This document shows positions 53,505 to 64,000 of a stretch of DNA of 64,000 nucleotides, piece after piece. The DNA is from Octopus sinensis. Its lineage: Eukaryota. The notes beneath the pieces were generated by a model. The model was not told the DNA's origin, ran no database searches, and saw only the letters and a program-made list of their open reading frames with translations. The stretch is from assembly GCF_006345805.1 (NCBI RefSeq), contig NC_042997.1, forward strand, positions 162,812,001 to 162,876,000, given 5' to 3'. The translations under genes and the position numbers were made by a program. The stretch's first letter is position 1; each line of letters starts with the position of its first letter.

Positions 53505-53670
53505 AAGGCGCATGGCTCAATGGTTAGAGCATAGTGCTCACAATCACGAGGTAGTGACTTCGATTCTTAGACTGGGCTGTGAGTTGTGTTCTTGAGCAAG
53601 ACACTTCATTTCACAGTGCTCCAGCTCACTCAGTTGTAGATATGAGTTGCGACGTCACTGAAGCCAAGCT
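53505..53670 (+). mobile_element. SINE family E head
   Basis: GAAGGCGCATGGCTCAATGGTTAGAG...TTGAGCAAGACACTTCATTTCAC. Confidence 0.65.
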
Positions 53671-53689
53671 GTGTCTGTCTGTCTATCTG

Positions 53690-53761
<72 letters not shown>

Positions 53762-53802
53762 CCTCTCTCTGTCTATCCTCTTCTCTCTCTCTCGTCTGTC
53801 TC

Positions 53803-53843
<41 letters not shown>

Positions 53844-53851
53844 CTCTCTCC

Positions 53852-53891
<40 letters not shown>

Positions 53892-54134
53892 ACGCATATG
53901 AACTTGGACAGTACAAATACTTCATACAGCCTCACAAACAAACATGTATGTGTGTGTTTGTGTGTATTTACTAAAAGTACGCAATAACTCAACAGATAGT
54001 GCATGTGGTCGGATTTTTGACTTTAAGACTCGGAAATTGGATCGAAACGAAACATCTGGAGCACCTAAATATTTCAGTGACTGTTTATCTGGTCGATTGC
54101 TATTAAAATAGTCACACAGACAGAGGATGTGATT

Positions 54135-54285
54135 CCGCACAGTTTTCCCTCTACCAAATTTTACTAGCAAGGCATTAGTTAACCTGAAGTTATACAGAAA
54201 ATAAATACTTGCTGAAGATCCATGCACCGGAAGCGAACTTGAAACCATGTGGCTGTGAAACAAAGTTGTTAACCACACAGCCAAT
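54135..54285 (-). mobile_element. SINE family B head, degraded
   Basis: Reverse-complement match to the family B head. Confidence 0.55.
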
Positions 54286-55469
54286 GCAAACAACACGCAA
54301 ATGGAAATGAAATCCTACTGCCTACGTTGATGCCAATGCAAGTAGTAAATTACTCGTTTTATGAGTATGATGTTATTTCTGTTCCTCTTGTATTATATTC
54401 ATATATTTTTACAACCATCCTTACCTTTTTCCCTGTTCTGAATGTATTATTGGTTGGCACATTCAGCTGGTATAAAAGCCATATGTAGCTTATTTCCTAC
54501 CGACTGGTTGTGTATTTTGCATTTTTGTTTTTTGCCTTTTCTTTTTGTACATTCCGTTTTCCTGTCATTGGCTATATGTTTATATGTTTGACTTGTGTTT
54601 TCCCCAATACTTGCTGGACTTAGTCATTTAATCTATAATAAATGTAATTTTATTTGTTCAATGTACTATAGCGAATTAGTCATGTAAAATGCAACTCCAA
54701 CATTACAAAGGAACAAATAATTTCCGTCCGTAAAACTAACTTCTGCTGCTATGGATCTACATAATGGTTGCTTTGTGCAATGCTTGGACAGTTGGAATTA
54801 AGGAGGAGAAGAGGATAGATTTTAAAAATAGACATAAAAAGGATAAAGGAAAACAGTATCTTGACAGGATAAAAAAATGAAGGAATGTAGGTTGGTTTTA
54901 TTTGCTCGGAGCTACTCTAAACCTAAACAGAACATCGATAAATAACAAGAGATATTTTGAAAGATAGACAGATAAACAGACAAACAGATAGATGTAAAGA
55001 TAGATGCTGTTTAGCATTGAAAGTATTCAATTGTTGAATATAGCTTAACTTATTGAATACTTTTCAAGTTTTCAAGTTCTGTAGATAGAATCAAACTAAA
55101 TTTGAATTAGTTTTTCTGTCCCGAATTCAAGATGCAATCAAATGGCAGATCAAAGGTAGACCATATCGGAAACGTTGAAGCTTTAAGTTATCTCTCTCCC
55201 TCTTTTTTTTTTTTTTTTTTTTTTTTTATCCACAAGTTTGCTAAGCCAGAACTGGCCAAAATCGCCACGCGAAAGCAAAAAAAATCAAGAAAATCCATTG
55301 GTAGAAATTGAATCTATTATTATAAATGGTGGTGTAGCCAAAAGTCGAAAGATGAAACATAAGTGTAAAGGAGAAATTTGCAACCATATTTCTAACATAA
55401 GTTTGTCTATTAGCCAAACATCTTGCAAATATCTATAGTTTACATGATAATGGTATGCATATAAACTTA

Positions 55470-55830
55470 AATGTGCGTTACGTAGAGGAGAATGTTAGCT
55501 GTGAAGTTGACTTCAATCGAAATCAACAAAGATCTAAAAATATTAGGTTAGCATTCGTCTGATGTGTCACATCATTTATGGATCAATGAATTGTGCAAAG
55601 TTGAGTTTTCGTCAGAAAAGGACAAATGTCATGCACCAGATCTTATAAAACATTTAGTCGAAATCGTTCGAACTTTTATTGGAATGATCCCCAACGGAGA
55701 AAAAAGAAATCGCCAGATATCTAATTTTGACCGAATACGATACCAATGGATGAAAATCAAACACTTCACTTTTACCCTACTTTATAATTACAAAAAGAAA
55801 ATGTCAATAATCAGAGTTAGAAGCCGCTAT
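55470..55830 (+). pseudogene. Possible mariner transposase relic
   Basis: EKDKCHAPDL resembles KLDKWVPHEL; FDRI...(G)DEK-like and LYNYKKK pieces across frames. Confidence 0.3.
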
Positions 55831-57057
55831 GAGCTTCCCTGTGACATTCTGTTCGATCGGTATTCGTTCGATATAAATCGTCGTTCAAGCATTTGACTAC
55901 GGTCGAAGGGGCCAGCACTCCTTTTGACTTGCCTTTGTTATTACTACTTTCGCTTGAGAGACGCAATGAGAGATAATACATATTTAGAGAGCGCTGACGT
56001 GCATTTGCTATTGAAGACTGCTACTCCACCACTCCCACGAGGCAGACTATGATCCATCAAATTCTCAGCGTGACGTGTAACGAGTGCATAAAAATGAAAC
56101 GCTAAAAGATATTAATGTAGATTTACGGCATGCTTCACTAATTATCGTCTGGCATCGTGAAGCGACATTATCGTCAGCCATCCTGAGGCCACATTAAGTC
56201 CTTTCACCGGGAAAGTAAGGCGGACCGCCTCATTAGCTAGCTGTAAAAGAACGATATTCTAAGCAGTTGTTACAGTGAACACAGTGAGCTAATTGAGATG
56301 GTGGCAGTACAGGGCAGTGGTGATGGCTGTATTAGAGTTGATATGTTGTTGCTGTCGGTGGTGGTGTGTCGTAGTCGTGGTGATACTGGTGATGGCGGCG
56401 GCAGTGTCGGCTGCAACGATGAATAGCATTGACTACGCGCGCAGGAGAAAATGATGACGGTGGTGGCAGTGATAGTGGTGGTGACGATGGTGGTGGTAGA
56501 GGCGTTGATGCTGCTGATAGTTTTCATGCTCGTAATGAGAAGAATGAAAATGCGCGCTGACGTTGTGTTGGAAGACAGAAGTTGGACGATTTCTATGAAA
56601 TATGTTCATTGAATTACAAAGAAATCATTGGAGATGTGTTGTTACAAAGGAAGCATCTTTAGCCTGAATATTTGGAAATCTGTTGATTATTAACAAGGAC
56701 AATTCCCTACAGCAACACACTTAATATTAAAGCATGTAGAAATGGACTCCTTTGGTATTCATCATGAAGTGGCACTTCATATTTCTGATGAGGGTAAAAA
56801 AACTATTCTCTACACACAAACATACATACATACACACACACACAAATATACACATACAAGCATATATGTATACATACATGTATGTGTGAATGTGTGTGTG
56901 TATATGTATATATATATGTGTGTGTGGTGTGTGTGTGTGTGTATATATATTATATATTATATATATATATATACATATATATGTATATGTATCATATATA
57001 TGCATATGTATAATGTATATGTATATGTATGCGCATTTATACATTCCATTCCTGTTT

Positions 57058-57137
<80 letters not shown>

Positions 57138-57543
57138 GAAAGTAGATCAAGAACAAAAGAAATATTCATCTAAACTTTATAAAAGTAATTTAACGCTGAA
57201 AGGCAAAGAAGATTAAAAAATGTCCCACTTTTCGAAATGCAGATTTTTTGTTTTTGAAAAACAAAAAGGCAAACAAGAATACAGAAGGAAAAAAGAACAG
57301 AGAAAAAGAAACAGAAAAGCTGGTGATCCTTGCATCAAAATTGAATGGTTTAACGCCATGTTCGGAAATGGGAGCCCCTCTTGTTCTCGGATTACCTAAT
57401 TTGGATTGCACTGGTTCTACGATTACACGCGCGCGCACATACTCATTCACTCACTTATACACACATATATACAAACATATATGTATGTATACATACACAC
57501 ACACATATATATGTATATGCACATTTATAATATATGTATGTAC

Positions 57544-57576
<33 letters not shown>

Positions 57577-57600
57577 CAGGCAGACAAACAGATAGATAGC

Positions 57601-57680
<80 letters not shown>

Positions 57681-57813
57681 CAGATAGATAGACGTATCAG
57701 TAGATATAGAAATGGATTGACAGATAGACGGACATACAAATTAAGAGATTGATAAATAGACGGTCATTTTGATAGACGGACAGATAGAGAGATAGTTAAA
57801 TAAATAAATAGAT

Positions 57814-57885
<72 letters not shown>

Positions 57886-58351
57886 CAGAAAGAGAGAGAG
57901 GATGAGTTCAGTAACCAAAAGGGTTTGTATAGGAGCCTTTGGAAGAACCAGTACTGTTTAATGTAAATAAGTCGAGCTCTTGTTAATGCCATTACGTGGC
58001 TCCAGTACAACCTTTGGCGAAGCACACATTATTCATGCATTTAGTCAGGTCTTCGAACAGAACAGAACTAGTTCCCTACGGCCCACGTATCTTGAAGGCC
58101 CTGAAAAGTGCCATGGATGCTGTTATTTTTACTTTGATTAAGCCATGAGAAATAATAATAAGCGCAGAACTCAACCTTTTTCGGGTTTTACACATAAGTG
58201 ACTTTTAGTTCATCACTCTTATATTTCTTTACCTGTTTCAGCCTGCGGGCTGTAGCCATGCTGAGACATTGCCATTAATATAAACTAAAGAAACGTCACA
58301 TATAAAATGATTTTGCGAGATGATCGAACAATTTAATGCTATTGTTTAAAG

Positions 58352-58393
58352 CATTAGTGGACAAACTGTGGCCTGCGGGCCACATGCGATCCG
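58352..58393 (+). mobile_element. hAT-Charlie-like terminal sequence
   Basis: CATTAGTGGACAAACTGTGGCCTGCGGGCCACATGCGATCCG resembles MER1/Charlie ends, preceded by GTTTAAAG. Confidence 0.5.
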
Positions 58394-58478
58394 TTCTGCT
58401 TTCTGAAGAGCATGCATAATTTCTTGAGGAAAATAACAATTAAATTTTGCCTGTTTCTGTTTTTTCTTGTTTGTCCAC

Positions 58479-58548
<70 letters not shown>

Positions 58549-59689
58549 ACACACACACACAGAAAGCCACTTTGGGAAGTTGGTGTCAAAGAAGAGTAAC
58601 TAATAACTGCCCAATTAACCTCCCTTACGTATTAATGTCTGTTGCATTGCGGGTACACCATTCAGATAGAGACATTCGCAGTCGGCAGTCATCCGTATAA
58701 TTTTCAATGTGCCAAGAAGTTAATTTGCAACCATCCAAACAATCAAGAGTTTCAACTGGCATCTCTGCTCGGGACACTACATTAACAAATGAAAGTTACT
58801 GATTTAATAAATTGCTGTTTCCACCGCTTCTAACGACACTCGTTGCGATTGATCAGTGACTGTAATTACACGTGTGTAATGCGTAGCGGTGTCAGGCAGA
58901 ATTGCCAAAACTTCACTTGCAAAGGGTAAGCGTGAAAAGCTGCGCGACACAGTGCAGTCACTGAGTTATCATATACGCGGTGGAATTAAAATCAATAAGT
59001 ATTTTTAAAAACTAATTTTTTATATCACAGTTCATAGCTTTATCCCCCACCCCACCAAAAAATAAAAGAATGAGAAAAAATAAAAGAATGAGAAAATTCC
59101 AGGAAAATTTGACAAATAAGAATCTATCCTCGTAGAAGTTTGTTACATTTTTTTAAAATGACCCTGAGATGATCAACGGCAAGATTCACCTCGGTGAGGT
59201 GTAAACTCGGATAGCAGAACTGAAATCAGTCGGATGTTCTAACTAATCTGCCAATCGGCCACCTTAACACCAACAAATTATCTGCTTTTATTACAGAAGC
59301 ACCAAAGATGTCTCAGAGTACAATGTTTTAAGTTTAATGAAACTTCTTACACTACAACTTAAGGTCCGATCTACTTCACTTTGGAGAACTCGGAGATGTT
59401 AGACGGAATTGTTCGGGCAGAATTTTCATTGATATTGCTTAGTGTGATCGTTTGCATATCTATGTATTTATAAAATTTGTCCCTTTTATTTGCCCTGATG
59501 TTCCCTCTACAGTGTTCTTTGCACTTACTCTTCACCTATAGTAATAAAAGGGCTCTATGCTCTGGGGTGTACAGGTTATTTTGGGTTAAATTTGACGTTG
59601 ACAAAACTGTTCGCATCGAAAGGGGTAGAAAACGATTATACAGTATCCAATGAAGGATTCCTCAAAAGTAGGAGTCTTTTTTAATATTT

Positions 59690-60760
59690 ATAAAGGATGT
59701 ATACAGTTCCTAAATAGATATCCTATCAAATTTAGATATTTAAGGGTTACTCGATTGTAAAGTGATTAATTCGAGTTCCAAGGAATCAAGGAATTTAAAA
59801 GAAATTTTGCATGGTCCAAGTTTATAATGTTGTACTACTGAAAATTATACAAAAGATTGAAATAAATGTACCTTACCCTGCCATCGTTCTAAATTTCTGT
59901 TCTTCCAGTGGTGGAAATGTGTCATGCAGTGTTTTCTTTCTTTCTTTTATTTTATCAGTTGGGTTAGGAAAGCTGCATTATTGCTTTTAAAACTCCTGCT
60001 GTTGGTAATATACTTATTCAGTCATCATTTTTCGATTTTAAATATTTCTTCTGACTAGTAATATCCAAAAATGCTAAATCACATAAACGTTTGCCACTTC
60101 ACTCTCTATACAATTTCTGATCAACGAAAATGATGACCGATGAATAGTTTCACTTCATTTTTCACATTCATAGAAGCGTTTAGGTATGCATTATTTGCTT
60201 AGCCAACGAACCTCTTAATGGCATTTGCCATCACATTCTGTTTCGAGGAGCTTCAATTTTTTTCTTATAAAAATTCTGTTGTTGAATCCCTTATTTTTTA
60301 ATGAAATTAGTACATTTTCTTATAACTTTCATCACATTCTTCAATCATAGAAGATATGCACTTAGATTTTATTGGCGCATAAGACAATGAAAGTACATAC
60401 TTCCGTATCAGAAAATTTACCGAAATCCCACGCACATTTATAACCGATACTGCCTATATTTACTGTATTTGTCGTCTCACCTACAACTGTCGAATAAAAC
60501 AAATGCTGAAGTTTCTTGCTTCAATGACATTTGGCTACAGCAACCTATGACTGTCTTGCAGGCAGATAATGTCTTCTACGATAATCTAATATATATTCTC
60601 AAACTGATTTTTCTGGTGTTAAAATTTCTGAAACTCCTTAAGAAATTAGCCTTTGATGAGTGGTTTCACTTTGCTTGGAAGTATCTTACACACTTTATAC
60701 TTCACAGCGTACTTGCGTTAGTGATATACTTTCATTAACATCTTTTTAAAAAAGTTTGGT
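59690..60760 (-). pseudogene. hAT (Charlie/SPIN-like) transposase relic
   Basis: Minus-strand NVMKVIRKCTNFIKNKG (~60289-60339), EVRWLSK (60194-60214) and LCDLAFLDITS. Many stops. Confidence 0.72.
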
Positions 60761-61686
60761 TTGCATAAAGGTTCTTTGAAAACTGCTAGCTTGTCTACAC
60801 GCAGTTTATTCCAGTTGCTGTTTCCTTAAATTTGGTCAGGTAGAAGTGTTAGAGATTGTAATTTTCATAAACACATACACAACATCCAGTTACCTCAAGG
60901 AAAAAATAATTATCCGTCAATTTTATATCGAGCAAAATCTTTTTTAAAAAACCGCCGATAACTACTTTTCTTTAATTAATATTAGCTGTAGTAGAAGTGA
61001 TTATTTTTATGCAATTTCTTTTAATGATTTAATATATTTAATAAAAACAGGCAAATGAGTAGTAAATGTTGCCAGCTTTCTAAATTATTGCGCTTAATTT
61101 GTAATGAAGCAACCAGCTACTGAACTTGACAAAGTTTAAATTCACTCTATTCATCGTCAGCAATAGATAATATGAGAGAAGAAATGCCCTCCGGCGAAGC
61201 GGGGGTTTTGAGGCAGAAAGATCTTATGTTAAATGTTAATTAGTTGAATTAAAGATGTCACAAAAACGTTGTCAATTCGTACGTACTCCGACTTATAATG
61301 AATGTCACAAGTCAAGAATTACGGACAGGCAAATATTTGTTGTATCGGGGTTTCTCTTTATCTTTTATTCAGAAGAAAAGGCCAACGATCATTATCCTTT
61401 ACAGATCTTCCGCGATTGGTAGGTGGGAGGAAGAAAATTATTCTCGAACCGGGGTCCTTGCCTAGATGCTTGCAACAGAATGGACACTGCGTTGTTCAAC
61501 CGGGTGGCTCATTAAAACTTTCACATAAATAAAGTTTACTACTCAAAAGTATACGAGATGAAAACAGCTTATATTAATGCTTTTAATATGAAGGTTGTAA
61601 CAGTTTTTTGTTTTTTTTTTCAGCGACTTATTTCCAAATATGAATTCGGGCGATTAAACCATCGGCTGCTCTCTGCTCACTCCCCC

Positions 61687-61764
<78 letters not shown>

Positions 61765-61795
61765 TTCTTTCTCTCTTTCTCTCTTCTCTCTCTCT

Positions 61796-63385
61796 CTTGG
61801 GTCATGGCATATTCATGCCTTTCAAGAATCATTTCTTGTTCCTCCTCTATTTATTTCAATCTCTCGCAGCATCATCCAGGTCTTTCTCGCTCTGCACGTT
61901 CAATCTCTTCTTTATCCAGTCGAACATCTTCAATCTCTGCCTTCCTTTCGCTCTCCTTCCCATCAACTCAGTCTCCACCATGTAACGCTCCATTCCATCA
62001 TCCTTTCTGAGAAAATTATCAACAAATCTCCGCTGTCACTCTCTGATAGTATCCATCAACTGTCTCTTCAGTTTCATCTTCTTCAACAGTTCCACATTCG
62101 TCACCCTCTGTACCCATGAGATTCTAAGCATTTTACTATAAAACCACATTTCTGCAGCTTTGAATCTCTTCTCCATGACTTTGCTTATCGTCCAAGACTT
62201 ACATCCATACTTTAGCACCGACCAGATGTTGCACTTCAATACTCTTTTCTTGACTTCCATTCCAATTCTCTTTGCACAAAAAATGCTCCTCATATCCATA
62301 AAAGCCTTCTTTGATAATCCAATTCTGCACTTGATGTCCTTATCTGACCTTCCATCTGATGTTATCCAACTTCCCAGATATTGGAAACTGTCCTTCTGCC
62401 CTATCCCAGTTCCATTCACCGTCAAGCAATATGCGGGTACCTGTGCTTTCTTGGTACAGACCATTGAGAAGGTTTTCTGGCAGTTAATCGTCAATCCGAG
62501 CTTTCCCCTCTCCTCAATCACGATATTAGTCAATCCCTGAAACTTCTTTTCTGGGTCCACAAACAAAGCCGTATCATCTGCGTACCTCAGATTGTTATAA
62601 TTCCTTTCCCTCAGTTGTAGCTCTACAATTGTCTTGATCTTGCTTAGAGCTTTCTCACTATACAGGTTAATAAATCAGGTAACAAAATACAACCCTGCCA
62701 GATGCCTTTCTGAATGCCAATCTAGTCGCCCAGTTCTCCATGCACTCTGATGGCTGCTTTCTGATCCCAATACAAATTTCGAATCATTCTTAGGTCTTTC
62801 CCATCAATCTCGAGTTCTTCCAACATTCTCACAAACTTTTCGAGCTTGACACAATCAAATGCATTCACATAGTCAATAAAACAGATGTACAAGTCTTTTT
62901 GTTACGCTATACACTTTTCCACTGACGTCCTCAAGCACAGAATTGCATTTCTCATCTCCTTTCCTGTTCGATAGCCGAGCTGTTCATCTGATAGGTTTCC
63001 CCTAATAGTAGTTTTCATTCGATTCAACTCCACACTCAAAATAATGTTTGTCATATGACTCATTAGGCTTATCGTTTAGTGATTTTTGCACTCGATTAAT
63101 CCGGACTTTTTAGGCAAGGTGATGAAGATTGATTCCAGCATTTCTTCAGGAACATCCCCCGAATTGTAAGCATTGTTCGCTATCTCTGTTATTTTTCTAC
63201 TCCCAAACTCCCCAAAGCATTTACTAGTTCAAACGAGATGTTATTATTTCCCGTCACTTTTCCACTTTTCATCTTGTCCAAAGTCTGCTTGATTTCAGCT
63301 GCTGCAATCATATGGCCATCCATCGGCTTGCTTATCTATGGTTTTTCTTTCCTTCTATCATCAGCGTAAAGACTTTTGATGTAAT
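61796..63385 (-). pseudogene. RTE-clade LINE, 5'-truncated
   Basis: YNNLRYADDTAL followed by ORF 62036-62566 (LGLTIN..KT, FQYLGSWIT.DGRS.KDIKCRIGL.KKAF, AEMWFY.KMLRISW). The 3' end abuts an (AG)n tract. Confidence 0.92.
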
Positions 63386-63394
63386 CGGTCCAGG

Positions 63395-63549
63395 CCAGTT
63401 TATGGGGTAACTCTGGGTTTCCCATCCATAAAGAGTTTAACTTTATGCCGTATCATCAGACCCGAAGACCAGTCGGCCTGGGGTCTGACGATACGCCATA
63501 AAGTTAAACCCTTTTTTGGACTGGAAACCCAGGTAACCCCATAAACCGG
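63395..63549. repeat. ~69-bp-arm inverted repeat, each arm carrying a partly degenerate type I HHR
   Basis: Minus arm: CUGAUGA 63459-63453, GAAA 63421-63418, GUU. Plus arm: CUGACGA 63485-63491, GAAA 63524-63527, GUA 63533-63535, stem I UGGGGU/ACCCCA. Confidence 0.75.
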
Positions 63550-64000
63550 CCCCAACCTGGTGCCTGTAGATTGTGAAATGATCTTAATCATACATCTATA
63601 CTGCATCTCCCCTACAAATTCCACTCTTTGTTGCGATGTTTTACCTAGTGTACATCAACAATCCTGAGAATATGCCAGTGGAGTGCAAGCTCCTTGTACG
63701 GCCTCCCATGCTCGACAAAGTGAAACGATGGACGCCACACTAGTATGGATAATATGGACTATTTCTTCCCAAAGTTAAAATGCGTTTGCGTTGAGCTGAT
63801 GCTCCTGTACAGCAAAAAAAATGAATTAGCAAAGTTGCAGAAGAATCGGTGAGAATTCAAAACCAAAACCTTAACAAGGAGCAAAAAAGATGACCCAGAG
63901 TTAAAACCGGTGGGGAAATGTCGTCGATGGCCTATGCTGCAAAGAGAGTGAAGAGCTTAAATAAAAGTATGCCCCATCAGTTAGAAGCTAAGTAAGAAAG

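Noticed and set aside
56785-56810. CUGAUGAGGG box next to (CA)n
   Set aside because: Truncated by the microsatellite, with no GAAA or stem III.

Overview
Eukaryotic, AT-rich, extremely repeat-dense 64 kb. It is most likely an octopus (coleoid cephalopod) intron or intergenic region; this is inferred from the SINE families and microsatellite load and was not checked against a database. No intact host gene, rRNA, tRNA gene or CRISPR array is supported, and nearly all listed ORFs are translations of microsatellites. Recognisable content: at least four short interspersed repeat families (three tRNA-headed SINEs), a ~555 bp (TAA)n-embedded non-coding element, and LINE remnants (R4/Dong-like, RTE, CR1). 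Also present are Penelope-like relics, Helitron/Helentron-type non-autonomous elements, and hAT and Tc1/mariner relics. The most notable signal is a set of type I hammerhead ribozymes (HHRs). One is a complete HHR inside a 492-nt unit repeated ~1.47 times within a (TA)n tract, with a retrozyme/pLTR-like layout. Two head-to-head inverted HHR pairs (31.5-31.9 kb and 63.4-63.5 kb) and several decayed cores are also present. All structures were read by eye; no folding or homology searches were run.
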